Assembly (NCBI GenBank): GCA_964016885.1
Contig: CAXHJY010001342.1
Coordinates: forward strand, 133,583-197,582
Length of the DNA: 64,000 nucleotides
Direction of reading: 5' to 3'
From: Eledone cirrhosa
Taxonomy: Eukaryota
Under the pieces are notes generated by a model. The model saw only the letters and a program-made list of their open reading frames with translations. It ran no database searches and was not told the DNA's origin. The position numbers were made by a program, and so were the translations under genes. This document shows positions 43,162 to 58,813 of the stretch, one piece after another (position 1 is the first letter of the stretch; every line of letters starts with the position of its first letter).

Positions 43162-46115
43162 AATATATAATTAACTACAATGTAAAAGAACCCAAAGGCA
43201 GTGAACTGGCAGAGTCTTCAGGGTGTCGGATTAAAAGTGGTTCGATATTTGTTCCGTCTCATTGAGCTCTTCGTTCAAATACTGCAGAGGTCACCTTTGT
43301 CGAAGTCTATAAATAAGTTTAGTAGTAGGGTTGATTCTTCCTCTATCTCTCATTATCACTTTCTTTATCTGCCATTTCTTCTTTCTCTGGAAGATATTGG
43401 TTGTGTTACGACCATGCATGAGATGGCCTCTGCTAGGTTTAAAAGATCCAAAATTCGCCTTGTTTCATGACGGCACATCTACATCTCTAACAAGAGCTAA
43501 GTGCTCTTTACTTTACCATAGAGAAGGTGAGATCCGTCTTGGGCCAATCGAAGGAATATTTTGAAACATGTTTTATCCTGAAACTGAAGACAATTTTCTT
43601 ATCTCAGCTATTAATTCCTGATCTACAGGTGCAAGCTCAGAGTTTGATAATTCATTTCAGTCATGTTTTGCATCTGTAACTCACCTTTAAGAATATTTAC
43701 TGATTGTCACCACATCACTCTCTACCCACATCTTCCTTTTCAATTGAAACTTGAAAAAATTGTTTGGTCGAAGAGAAATGTATCTATTTTTATTCCTTTC
43801 AATTCGGTCCACTATACAATCTCTTTCGCAATTGCAGCCAGACAGAGAACACTGTTTGCCCTTCCCAGGCAAAAAAATAGACTGTCGGGTGATCTTCACA
43901 ATAAACTCGACTGATAGCCGAATCCATCCCACACGCCAGATCAATGCTGGTACACAAAAGTAATACATATCTCCATCAATTAAAATGAACTGAGAACGAC
44001 ATTATATTATTCACATTTAAATGTTTATTATAGAAATATATCAATTTATTGAAACACATTAATTTATAAAGCTACGTATTTCCCCATTAAAACTGAAGCA
44101 TTCATTATTTTTTTAATTACAATTGAAACAAAAAGAAAACAATTCTCTAAACGAAACACTAATACAATATTTCTGAATAGTTTCATTAAAATTCATCAGT
44201 TTTATTTTACAGGACGAAACAGTCACGTCTTTGAACAACATTTCTAGACGAAAGACAACAACATGATCACGAATATGGATATTGTTAATCTCCAATGAAT
44301 CACAGTTATATCAATAGTTTATTCCTAAATGCACCAGAACTATTGACGTCATGAAGTGAACGGACGAAATTTCACACAAGAATCGCCACTTTTCCTCTCG
44401 CCTGATTTGTATTTAGACAAAATTCATTACGTTATTAGTAATGATAATATAAGTGGTTACCAGTTTCAGGTATTTGACTATACAACCCCCATCCCAACAA
44501 ATCATCGCGATATACACAGAGAATATAGACAAGATTAAACAGAAACAGGGACCTAGATACCAGAAACTGAATGCATCTTTCTCAGATATTAGGTAAGCAA
44601 GAATGAAAGAAAAATTATTAATGACATCTTGTGGATCTCACTGCAGAAGAAACTTAAAATAGAAACTGTTTATCTTAGCAAAGCAGTAGTAGCAAGGAAC
44701 AGCTAATCAGTACAGGAGTAAGTTGACCGGCAAGAAGATGCGAACAGAAAATACATAGCCTTGAACACGAAGGCAGCAAGAATAACCATTGACCCCTATT
44801 TGGATGCTTTGTCTGGGTAACCCGTATTCCAATGAGTGCAGATGATTCAAGCGTTGTGTGGAATCAAAGACAAGTTTTTGACGGAACACTGCGGGTACGT
44901 TCTATCCTACTTGAAGCTAATATGTGTTGTATTTTAACTGTATGTTGTCCAAAATGTTCACATAAAAGAGGCATATTAGGGACAGACAGTTCAGTGTCGA
45001 CCGAGATGTTCTCCAGTGCTTCCCAATGAGAGATGGAGAATGCCACGTAATACAGTTCTAAGCAGATGAAGTAGCTAACTTCCTGTGTGGTTGTTTACTG
45101 GACAAATCAATAGGTCTGGCTGGTTTACTCTACCGACTTTACTATTACACAGACTTGACCGATACAGTCTAAGCAACGGTATCCTGCAACTGGCATCAGT
45201 CTGGTTTATTCCAAGTAATTTGAACGGAGAAGTAGTGACGTTCCGGAAGAAAGGCCTAAACTAAGCGAACATAATTGACAACTTAGGTTTCTAAAGCAGA
45301 TTAAAAAAGAGACAAACGAAAACTAGGGCAATTCACGTCGAAGACGAGTGCCACCTTTGACTAAGCTTTTAGTGATTACTTTCATTCAGACCATTTGTGG
45401 GGCAGATTAGCTACTTGCTCGTATTCTCGTCCCAGTAATTATCTATTTAAATATCTGGATCGAACCAGCCATCAAACAACTAAATCTGAATATCTTTCCA
45501 ATGCTCCACGAAGCTTGTCTCACTACATCCTGAGCTGCAAGCACACCGACATTTTTCGGGGCGCCCAAAACCAATACAGGGTCTTCATTCGTATTTGCCG
45601 GCACGTATTTCCATATCATAGTTCGAGCCGAATGCCTTACAACACTTAGTTTTCTCAGTAAGAGCTGAAAAGTGAATACACACAAAAGCAATGAGAGAGG
45701 ACTCATTTGACAGATTGGATGTGTGATTCGAAACGGTTTCGAAATGCAACCACTAAGCAAATGCCACTGTAATCTAGGCTCCGAGAACAGTTGAGGTAGC
45801 CTAGACAGCATAAAGGTTTATACAAATTAACATTCAGTATGCAGACATGTAAACACGTCAACTATACGTATTTCCATGTAAATTGAAGAAATATTATTAT
45901 TTCATAGTGTTTTCCAATTCCTTTTTCTATGTATATATATTCAATGTGTAAATTTATATACACATTTACGGTTACCTCGATGCTGTATGCATTCAGATAT
46001 ACACTTGTATCGTATAAATATAGAGTTGTTTAGCACACACACACTCCCATACACACACACACATGTATATATATAAAACATGAGAAGAATGAATACTGCG
46101 TGGTTGCACATGGGT

Positions 46116-47335
<1,220 letters not shown>

Positions 47336-47569
47336 TGTGGATGGGTGTATAAGTGTGTATTTGACGCTTTATATTGTGTTTGTGCATGTTTATATTATTT
47401 TCCCCTCTTCTTTTTTTTAATCAATTCCTTATTTTTTTCATCTTTCCGAACTAAAAGCTTTTAGACTTCATTCCAATACATTAAATACCGACCATTTTTA
47501 CTGTCGCCAATTCAGTCTTTGTAAGTTTGGTTCTATTTGTATTTTTCATTTCTTATTTTCTATATTTTA

Positions 47570-48520
47570 TTTCAATTTTTTTTTGTTTCTAATTTTTGTT
47601 ATTGTTGTGGTGATCACTGTAGTGATCGTTGCTGGTGTTGTTGCCGTTGTCGTCGTCTCTTTTCTATATTTTATTTTAATTTTTTTTTGTTTCTAATTTT
47701 TGTTATTGTTATGGTGATCTTTGTTGGTGTTGTTGCTGTTGTCGTTCTTGTTGGTGATGTTGCTTTTTTGTTGTTGCTGTTGGTGTGTCGTCGTTGTTGT
47801 TCCTGATGGTAATATTGTAGTTGTTGTAGTTTGTGTGGTCGTCATTTTCGTTGTTATTGTTGGTATTTATCTTTTATTGTTCTCGTTATAGTGTTAGCGA
47901 TGAAGATAATGGTGCTGGATGTTGTGCTGGTGTCAATAGGTTTGTAGGTGATGGTTAGTTGTTCTATTAGTGTTAGTTCTTGTATTTAATGTGGTGGTAG
48001 AAGATGTATCGGCAGTCGTAGTAGTGTTAATATTGGAAGTAAATTTTGGTGGTGTTGGAGGTGTTGGAGGTGGTGGTGGTAGAAGATGTATCGCTAATCG
48101 TAGTAGTGTTAATATTGGAAGTAAATTTTGGTGGTGTTGGAGGCGTTGGAGGTGGTGGTGTGTTTGTGGTGGTGGTGATGTTTGTGTTGGTGGTGGTGTT
48201 TGTGGTGGTATTTGTGTTGTTGGTGGTGTTTGTGGTGGTGGTGGATGTTTGTGGTGGTAGATGTGTTATTGTTATTTTATTTCTGAATTTAAAGTTGTGT
48301 AGATGGGAGTGAAATTGGGGGTGGTGTAGTTAGTTTTGTGTCGGGAATGGTTCTATTGATTGCGGCGACAAGGGAAGCCAATGTTTACAGAAGGTGATGG
48401 TAGTGTGTTAGCTTTGTCATAATTGTAGTAGTAGTTGTTGTTGTCTTTGTGCCAGTAATTGGTGTGGTGTGTGGCGCGTATTGCTGTGGATACTGATGAT
48501 GATGATGTTTGTGGTGGCAG
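47570..48520. repeat. GT-rich low-complexity trinucleotide region with a 79-bp duplication (about 47990-48150)
   Basis: (GGT/TGT)n and a repeated gtagaagatgtatcg...aattttggtggtgttggagg. Confidence 0.8.
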
Positions 48521-50549
48521 CAGTAGATGAAATATTCGCGATCATGGTATAGTACTAGTGATTGTAATTGCAATCATTATTTGCATTGATTGGTGGTAAT
48601 TATTTGCAATATTAGGACGGTATCAGTAGAACGTCCGACAAAATACTATGCAGTATTTCTACGTTCTGATTTCAAATCCTGCCGCGGTCATCTTTGCTTT
48701 TCCTCTCTCTGGTGGGCTAAACTTTTGCCTTATGCCTAAATTATTACAAACCATTATTTGAAGGATTGTCAGTATTGGTAGAGCGTCGGATAAAATGCCA
48801 TTGTGTTATTTGTTTAAATATTGCTGCGGTCCACTTTGCCTTTTGCTTTTCATTCTTCCGATGTCCTTATAATAAGATACTGGCAAAATTCTGGGTTTGG
48901 TTTAATCAGCTTTGCCCTTCTCCTAAGATTTACTGGTTTTGTACCTAAATTAGAAATCAATATTAGGGCGATGAATTGGTAGAAGTCGGACAAAATACTA
49001 TGTGGTATATAGTTACGATTCTCTATATTTTCTGTTCAAATTCTGTCTAGGTCAACTTTGCATTTCATCTTACCAAGGTCGATAACATATTGTGACAGTA
49101 AAGTACTAGGGCCGGTGCAATCGATTATCCACATCCATCAAATTATTGGGCTTGTTCCTAAATTTGAAACTATTACTTTTGATATACTTAAAGGTGAAGA
49201 TAATGTAACGACGTGGTTGGTGGTACTGGTGGTTGAGATTATATCGATTGTTTTGCTGTTGTTTAGCTCCAGATTATGCAAGCAAGGTGAATCAGAAGAC
49301 CTTCCAGTCTTGGCCATCCCATATTGATATGTGTTATCGATCAGATTTGGTTGTTTACCTTTTAAGGGCTCAACTGATTATGCCAATGTTCTCCTGTCAG
49401 ATGTACTGTTACGTGACTAAGCCATGGTGCTGGTAAGGAGTCAAGATGTCGTTTGCTTTTGGTATTGTTTAGCCTCAAGTAAACTCTGATCAAAAATGTC
49501 TACAAAAACGAAAAACACTCATTCCGAGATCATCCATTTGCAGTGTAAGTGTTAGTGTAAATAGTAACGGCTTTTGTGATTGTTGTCGTGCAGGCGCAGA
49601 TGAAGTCCTTTTGGAGCCCTAAACACTTAAAAGATTATGATGCCCCTATCCCCTAAGTCTGCTAAAAAAACAGCATTGTTTTGGAATGGCACATACAATC
49701 AATTTGAATACAAGGTTGCTCTGTTCTCTTGATGCCCTCAGTATGTGCTTACTTCGCCTAATGGTTAAACCAGCCCTGTTGTTATTGTAGGAAATAGAAT
49801 AGATCACAATACAAGGCAGAGCCCAATACATTTTACAAGGCCTAAATGAAAGTTGGGAAAGGGAAGGAATGTATTGTCAAACCTGAAATATTACCATACG
49901 TTTGCAACAGGGGTCACTAAAATTATTCACCGGTTAGGTGGTTGTTGGTGACAGTGTTGATGGTAGTAGTGATGATACCATTAATATTAGCCATAGTAAT
50001 GTTACTGTTGTTGGTAGTAACAGATTTGATGGTGGTATTGTGATGATGGTAATTAATTAGCAGTAGTGGCAGTTGTTTTTGTCGATAGCTGTAGAGGCGA
50101 TGGTGATACAAGTAAATGTTGTTGCGATTGTATCTGTAACAGCATGGCTGTACAGGTCACTGGGGAAGAGGTATTGATTGATATATAAAGTGCTAGGGAC
50201 GTTCATAGTTACAGGGATGTTTGTTGTATTGGTGGAAATAGCGAGATATGATGATCGTAAATGTAATAGTAGCAATCGCGGTGAACTGGTTGTTAACTTA
50301 TGGTGGTTAATGTTAGATTTATTCGCGAAGAATGTGCCCTTATATCGACTATGGATAAGAGTATGGTCGTCAAATTGTTTGTACTGATTGTGGCAGTGAC
50401 AATGGTATTAGTGGTGATGATAGGAAAGTTTATAGAATAGATATGCTTAAAACTGAACAACAGGATTTGACATCAACATAATTGAAAAGAGAAGCATGCT
50501 CATATCAAACTAAAAGCCATATACAAAATTAAGCTAAGGTAAAATAATG

Positions 50550-50765
50550 ATTTCTAGAATAGGTACAAGGCCAGTAATTTGGAGAGACGAGAAAGTCGAA
50601 TAAATCGACACCAGTACGTTACTGGTGCTTTATTTGATCGACCCAGTAAGGATGAAAGGCAAAGTTAACCTTGGCGGGATTTGAACTTAGACCATAAAGG
50701 GCCCTAACTCTATGCCGCGAAGCATGGTGTCCGACTCTCTACCGATAGTGCCAATCCACCGCCCT
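50550..50765 (-). mobile_element. SINE family A
   Basis: Consensus match. Confidence 0.8.
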
Positions 50766-51391
50766 ACATCTAGTAATAATAATGGTGATGATTCCACTCA
50801 TTCAAAGTACCTATTTCTTTATTTTTTTAATTTACTTACCGTGTACACTAGGGGCCTTTGCTTATATAATTGCAATGCACATACTATTCTTAAAGACATT
50901 AGAAACGTAAATAACACGAACATTCCTACCACTAGGAATAAAAATCGAGACCATTGTGTTTGTGTTTTAAGGCGTTCTCTCTGCAATTGTGGGATGTTCA
51001 GTTTGATGTGGTTGCGCATCACTATGAAAAATGTCTGAAATCCAGAAGAGGAAAACTGTGTGGAATGATATCTACTCGACCAGATTTGGCTGAAACTAAA
51101 CAAACAACTAAAATAAGGTAAATACAAGACAAGGACACTGTTGACCGTTTGTGTATGTTTTCTTTCCGTTTTTGAATATATTTTAGTTTTTCAGGAAATC
51201 CGAAATTTTTTCAACCAGAAACAGAACAACTTCAGTAAGAAGAGACTTAACAAATAGTAATTATATAACTTACTAGTTTTGGCGATAACTGATAAAACTA
51301 ACATGATATATTTATGGCTTCAATTAAGCTGTGCTTAAGAATTTTGGAGTTACATGCGTTAACAATCAACGTTACCAGATTACATTATTAA

Positions 51392-51572
51392 TTGGCAGTA
51401 TCGGTAGAGGGTTGGACGCCATGTTTTCTAGCATAGTTACATCCCTTTACAGTCTGAGTTCAAATCCCGCCGAGGTTAACTTTGCCTTTCATCCTTACGG
51501 GGTCGATAAAATAAAGTACCAGTATGTACTGGGTAATTGCTGGCCTTGTGCCTAAAGTAGAAACAATTATTA
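51392..51572 (+). mobile_element. SINE family A
   Basis: Consensus match. Confidence 0.8.
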
Positions 51573-52025
51573 TAGAAATCTTATAGGAAGTACATAAATA
51601 AATAGTCTTAAATAAATGTGATAAAAATGGCAAAACAATATGCTAAATTGCCGTTATTAATTCAGTCTAATGACGACTTTCTCAGAGGTTTATGTCATAT
51701 AGCATTTCTTTTCATCTTAGTGATTCACTAGCAAAAGTACATATTTTTGCCTACTAATATATATTGCAATTAGCTGTCTATTGAAATCATTCAAGACCTA
51801 CGCTTGCTCCTGCAATCTGAGAATTACATGTCTTACGAGCTTAGATTTCTAAAGTTCTGCACAAATGAAAATAATTAGTAAATAGAGCATAGTAGAAATC
51901 GGTGGAGTTACTTAAAACATATTATCATTATAGACGTTGATATTGATGTGTTACAACGATTATTCCTCTTCACATTTGAAGCTTGTTTCAGAGATTTCTG
52001 AAATATATACCCAAAGACTGATAAT

Positions 52026-52101
<76 letters not shown>

Positions 52102-52214
52102 GTTGAAGCGAATAACTATGTGTATACTCTGGAATGTATTCTACATTATCTATTGAGTACCCTGAAATGCAACCGGTCCTGGCATTGTTAAATACGCCGG
52201 GTCCGTTAACTTCT

Positions 52215-52264
<50 letters not shown>

Positions 52265-52558
52265 ATCAAAATAGATGTAGTAAAAACCTATTTAGACCAT
52301 TATTCACCAGAGTGCTCAATACTTGGGTCGTAGAGTGTGGGGTCCTGACTCTTTCATATATAAATACATATATATGCATGTACAATTGCTTCCTGTGTTT
52401 TGTTCATTTTCACCTATATATATATTTGAAAAAAAGGAAAAGAATGACTTCACTTGTAGTTCTAAATAATTTGGTTTAATTTTATAACATTATAATATTA
52501 TGAGTTGGTAGATCTAGTAAGTTCTTTGTTAACTTCGGGGAGAAGAATTTTAAAGATT

Positions 52559-52602
52559 CCTGGTTAACTTTCTTGGCGAACTTTCTCGCATTCATCGGTG
52601 GC
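52559..52602 (-). ncRNA. Degenerate hammerhead motif (CCGATGA variant) in a pLTR-like remnant
   Basis: CCGATGA atgcga gaaagt tcgc caa GAAAG ttaa CCA. Confidence 0.4.
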
Positions 52603-52785
52603 GATTGTCAAACAGAGATCAGGTTGTGTTGTGATATGTGATTCGATATATAAGAGAGATTTGGATGTGTCTGAGGTGTGGGGTAGGGTGTTAATGAGTG
52701 TGGGAGTGAAGGAGTGTTGATGAAGATTTAAAGGAATTAAAACATACACACACACACGCACACACGCACACACACACACGCACGT

Positions 52786-52818
<33 letters not shown>

Positions 52819-52967
52819 CACACAGAAAATGGTGAAGGTTGACAGTAAGATAAGGGTGTTTAAGAAGGGTGTTGTAATAGTCCCCTCCCGCGGGTTCCAT
52901 TTCAATAGATGACCTTTGAGGAATATAATGGCAGGAGGGTTTTCAAATTCGTGTATATATATATATT

Positions 52968-53215
52968 GTTATGAAATTATTAGAAATGTAAGCTATCGCC
53001 GTATTTTGACTAAAGAAATTAAAGAAATCATTTAGCCTGATAGTGGGGTTAAGAACCCTCGGAGAAATGGAAAAAGATGAGTATTGACATACATGTACGT
53101 CAATACTCATCTTTTTCCATTTCTCCGAGGGTTCTTAACCCCACTATCAGGCTAAATGATTTCTTTAATTTCTTTAGTCAAAATACGCCGATAACTTGCA
53201 TTTCTAATAATTTCA
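52968..53215. repeat. About 120-bp-arm palindrome centred near 53095
   Basis: gagtattgac atacatgtac gtcaatactc with near-perfect arms. Confidence 0.85.
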
Positions 53216-53249
53216 AACCCACTCGCTGTTTCAAAAATATTCTTACTTG

Positions 53250-53940
53250 ACATATTGTTATGCTTTGGGAGGGTCATATTGCCAATAAGAAACACACGCA
53301 CCAGTTGCTTTCACTCCAATTTATTATAAATTAAATTAAATTTATAAATTTAAGAATTTATAAATTTCCGGTTGGTTGGTTGGTTCCACAACCGGACGGT
53401 TGTTAATATATTGTCAAAGTTCTTTCGTCACACATTCCACTCTCCAACCAAAATTAAATAGAAAACATGAATGGAATAGCAACATCACAACTTACAATTA
53501 AGGACAAAATGAAAACGCACACACACATAGAAAAACCAACCAACCAGTAACATGTAAATAAACAAATAAATAAATAAACAAATATAAACACACACAGACA
53601 CCCGGATGTAACACATGCGCAAACCAAGCACACAACACACGCAAAAACAAGATGGCGTAGGACAGAACAAAAGGAGAGGCACAAAAACAAAGAAAAGAAT
53701 CCCCAGTCACTGAAGAGGTCACGGAATGTGTGACGAAAGAACTTTGACAATATATGAACAATCGTCCGGTTGTGGAACCAACCAGCCAACCGGAAATTTA
53801 TTAATTCTTAAATTTATAAATTGAAAGCAACTGGTGCGTGTGTTTCTTATTGGCAACATGACCCTCCCAAAGTATAACAATATCGGTTTCAACACACGTT
53901 TTCAGATAAAGAATCTTACTAAACAAATTCAGAAACGAAA
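53250..53940 (+). mobile_element. Fold-back pLTR remnant related to the 16-2410 PLE family
   Basis: 53850-53905 is homologous to 35-85. 53250-53437 is the inverse of 53722-53885. Confidence 0.75.
53706..53748 (+). ncRNA. Type I hammerhead ribozyme
   Basis: gtca CTGAAGA g gtcac ggaatgt gtgac GAAAG aa CTT tgac. Confidence 0.8.
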
Positions 53941-54634
53941 TATATATATATATATATACACAGTGATGCTGGAGTTGGTGGTGATGACGATGACATGATG
54001 ATGATGATGATGATGAGGGGAACGATGACAATGATAATAATGATGATGGTTGCAGGCATGCTGGATTTGATGGGGATGACGATGATAAAAAGATGGATAA
54101 CAATGGTAGTTGGTGCATTGCAGATTCTTATTTTTCAGATCAGTTGACCAGAACGAAGATGTTTGAATGAGAAAACAATGCCAATCCCGCTGCCCTCAGG
54201 CAACATGAAGTTCTTTCTCTTAGCTTCATGTTCAGATGATGGGTCAGTGAATACACGAGATAGAGAGTGGAAATAATAGCAACATGTATATAAACACAGA
54301 ATAACAAGCAAAATATATTACCAAAGATAAGCGGTAGATAGAGAGATATGGAAAGAAAATAAGAGGAGAAATAGAGTGCGAGGAATAATGTACAAGCAGT
54401 GGAAACATAAGCAATGCATACATAGCTTTCTAGATACATAGACAGTTAGACAGATAGTTATATATATATAAAGAGGAAAAAGGGACAAGCAATGGAAGTA
54501 TAATAGAAAGAGAGAGAGAGAGAAAGAGGGAGAGAGAGATAGAGAGAGAGAGAGAGAGAAACAGAGAGAACGAGTGAGGGAGTGAGTGAGAGAGAGAGAG
54601 AGAGTGGGCGAGGAAGGAGAGGGAGAGAGAGAGA

Positions 54635-54666
<32 letters not shown>

Positions 54667-54827
54667 AAGAGAGAGCGCTGGAGAAGGAGGTGAGCAGCGG
54701 ATTAGAAATTCTCGCTAGTTACATAAGGCAGCTGATACATGTAAGCAATGTTGTACATCGTATCAACAGATACGATAATCTGCAAAATAAATGTGACACT
54801 CACGCACATACCACACACACGCACATA

Positions 54828-54909
<82 letters not shown>

Positions 54910-55055
54910 CTAGGGCGGGTAAAATTCCCGATCTATATGTATATAATTGTTTCTACTTTTTGGCACAAGGCCAGCAAATAACCCAGTGCATTACTGGTAC
55001 TTTATTTTATCGACCCCATAAGGATGAAAGGCAAAGTTAATATATATAATGTGAA

Positions 55056-55438
<383 letters not shown>

Positions 55439-55481
55439 TAAAATTATACATAGACATACGTATATATATATTTATTTATCG

Positions 55482-55512
<31 letters not shown>

Positions 55513-56288
55513 TAATAAAGTAATGAATAAACAAAGAAACAGTTCCTTATATTTAAAAAAATTTTCATCATATTACGATCGTTTCTAGGATATATATGTG
55601 TTAGTGTTGGTATGCATATTCTATAGATCTATGTAAAATATTTATACAAACTATCAGGGGGAATATACATACCTACACATATATATGCTGTCTTCAGAAA
55701 TAATGATATTTGTTTATTGAAAAAAACAAAGATTTAATACAATAGGTCTGTTTGGGAACAAGTTTTGAATTGACCAATAGAGAGATAGTGAAGGTCAAGA
55801 TAGTAATCTAGTAGTAAAAGAACCTTAATTTATGGGTAGAGGAAGGTAGATTTCATTTTTGGATGGAAAAGGATATTATGAATGAAAGATTATTTTAGGG
55901 ATGAAAGTAGGTCGTATGCTGACCTCAGAAATAATTATATTTGTTCATTGAATAAAATCTACAAAGATTTGATGTAGTCGGTCTGTTCGGTAACCAAACA
56001 GACTACATCAAATCTTTGTTGGTTTTATTCAATGAACAAATATAATTATTTCTGAGGTCAGCATACGACCTACTTTCATCCCTAAAATAATCTTTCATTC
56101 ATAATATCCTTTTCCATCCAAAAATGAAATCTACCTTCCTCTACCCATAAATTAAGGTTCTTTTACTACTAGATTACTATCTTGACCTTTACTATCTCTC
56201 TATTGGTCAATTCAAAACCTGTTCCCAAACAGACCTATTGTATTAAATCTTTGTTTTCTTCAATAAACAAATATCATTATTTCTGAAG

Positions 56289-56472
56289 GGCGGTGGATTG
56301 GCAGTATCGGTAGAGGGTCGGACGCCATGCTTTCCAGCATAGTTACGTCCCTTTACGATCTGAGTTCAAATCCCGCCGAGGTTGACTTTGCCTTTCATCC
56401 TTACGGGGTCGATAAAATAAAGTACCAGTAATGCACTGGGTAATTGCTGGCCTTGTGCCTAAAGTAGAAACA
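56289..56472 (+). mobile_element. SINE family A with 13-bp TSD ATTATTTCTGAAG
   Basis: The TSD is present on both sides. The left arm (55686-55710) shows the empty site. Confidence 0.9.
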
Positions 56473-56474
56473 AT

Positions 56475-56610
56475 TATTTCTGAAGACAGCATATATATGT
56501 GTAGGTATGTATATTCCCCCTGATAGTTTGTATAAATATTTTACATAGATCTATAGAATATGCATACCAACACTAACACATATATATCCTAGAAACGATC
56601 GTAATATGAT
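56475..56610 (+). ncRNA. Hammerhead motif with long stem II (mirror copy at about 55566-55705, -)
   Basis: CTGAAGA cagcatatatatgtg...cacatatatatccta GAAAC gatc GTA. Confidence 0.55.
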
Positions 56611-56976
56611 GAACTTTTTTTTTAATATAAGGAACTGTTTCTTTGTTTATTCATTACTTTATTAATTTATCTTGACTCTGTTTTCCGTTAATTTTCACCG
56701 AAAATAGTTTTTGAATGCATCTTCTCTTTTCATGATATCCGGATTACATTGAGTTCTTCATACGGATTGGACACTACCGTAAATTTTTGGTAGATTTATC
56801 TACATATATATATATATATATATATAAGATAAAAATACTTGAGTGCGTTAGAGTTAAAGACACTCGTCGTATTAGAGAAATGACAGTATAAGATATAGCT
56901 CAATGCTATCAAACAGAGCCGAAATAATTTATATAAAAAATTAACAAAGTAGCCTTAATATATCAAAAATCTTTAA

Positions 56977-57021
56977 TTGCTGACAATGTTTCGTCCCATT
57001 AATTAGGTCTCATCAGAACAA
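56977..57021 (-). ncRNA. Type I hammerhead ribozyme in a TA-flanked remnant (about 56826-57320)
   Basis: ttgtt CTGATGA gacc taattaat gggac GAAAC att GTC agcaa. Confidence 0.7.
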
Positions 57022-57629
57022 GGAAAAATACTAGAAATATCATCGGCTAGAACAAGCCAAAATTCAGAAGAATAGTGAATGGATATTAAAGAAAATTCAG
57101 GAAAATTGCCATGGAAACACATGTTAAACCTAATGGGGTGCATTTGTAAATAAAGACTATAGGGCAAGAGAGAAAGCAAACATTAAACAAACTCACGTTA
57201 AAAGTACAATATAAGTCTAATACTTGAAATACAACATAGTAATATAATGCGAGAAATAAGATATAAAAATTATAATATAATATATAATACAATACAATAC
57301 ATAATACAGAAATAAAAATTTATATATATATATATATCTACACGCACTCCGACACATATATATACACACGCATATACACATTTACACATACGTATATTAA
57401 CACAAATATATAAATATAAGCATTATAATAGAATAATCACCCAGACGGTGTGATTAAACAATACTAAAATCAATGAAAATAATATATTGACATTAAAAAA
57501 TATATAAATACATCCTACGTACCATACATATTCAACAAAACGTGTATAAAAACATAATGTATTCCACAGGGTAAAAAAATAATAATAATACCATACAATA
57601 CAATAAAGTATGGTGAAAAAAATATATAT

Positions 57630-58521
57630 ATATATTATATTCAGAGTTATAAACTCAAACAGTCCTTTACAATTAATTAGCTCAAAGAAAGAAGCATTTC
57701 TGAGCCGAGAAATACAAGTTAATATAAATTAATATATGATAAACACAAAAGTGTTTGTATTGCAAAAGACGAAGTTAGCGAGAATGAAATAAACTAATTC
57801 AAATAAAATATAGTTTGCCTGTCTCGATTTAAAATAATAAATCAATAAAAACAAACCCATATTGGCAAATAGCCGTGATACCTGGACAAATTTAAATTTC
57901 AAAATCCAAACCTGTTCCGCAGATAAATTTGAATTTCAAAACCCAAATAAGTTTCGCAATGATAGTATAAAAAGTGAAATATTCCAATTTTCTGTGCTTC
58001 TCAACAGGTATCCAGAAAAATTAGGATGTTTCACCTCTAAATAATTTAGAAGGTCTGGTTCACTAGCGCAAAGGCACGAGGTTTTCCAGCTCACTAGCTA
58101 TCTCATATTTATGGCGCTAGAAATAACAGCCGTTTATATGGGATTAAAAATTAGCTCAACAGAAAGGAGCCGTAATATTCAGAGTTATAAACTCTTTTGT
58201 GTTTATCATATATTAAGTTATATTAACTTGTATTTCTCGGCTCAGAAATGGTTCTTTCTTTGAGCTAATTAATTGTAAAGGACTGTTTCAATAAGGCGAA
58301 GATTAAGTGTAGAAAGAATAAGGTTCATTAACCGTAGATGTAGAAGACAAAAATTAAACTATTAGCTATTCAAGGAGGCAATAAGATACACTCCAACCAA
58401 GGATGAATATAAAGATGGAAATATATAAGTCGACAACGGATGAATAAAAATATAATAATGGACAAGGTGTTAAATAGGCTAAAACAGCTAAAAGAACTAG
58501 AAAAACTAAAATAAGAATAAA

Positions 58522-58562
<41 letters not shown>

Positions 58563-58645
58563 CTAGATAAGACGTCCAAGCCAGAGTAGGAAGGTGTGAT
58601 TCCAAAAAATTTAACTACCTGAGCTTTTAGGTTTATAATTTTTAT

Positions 58646-58697
<52 letters not shown>

Positions 58698-58780
58698 ATA
58701 AAAATTATAAACCTAAAAGCTCAGGTAGTTAAATTTTTTGGAATCACACCTTCCTACTCTGGCTTGGACGTCTTATCTAG

Positions 58781-58813
<33 letters not shown>

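Larger units (their letters stand above)
55508..56805. mobile_element. Large fold-back pLTR element (arms about 55508-55990 / 55993-56670) with a SINE in the right arm
   Basis: Reverse-complement arms, TA flanks and an HHR motif. Confidence 0.8.

Noticed and set aside
49591-49778. Possible hAT-type MITE (CAGG...CCCTG)
   Set aside because: The TIR match is poor and no TSD could be confirmed.
56289-56380. tRNA genes at A/B-box motifs
   Set aside because: No cloverleaf. The boxes are heads of a multi-copy SINE.
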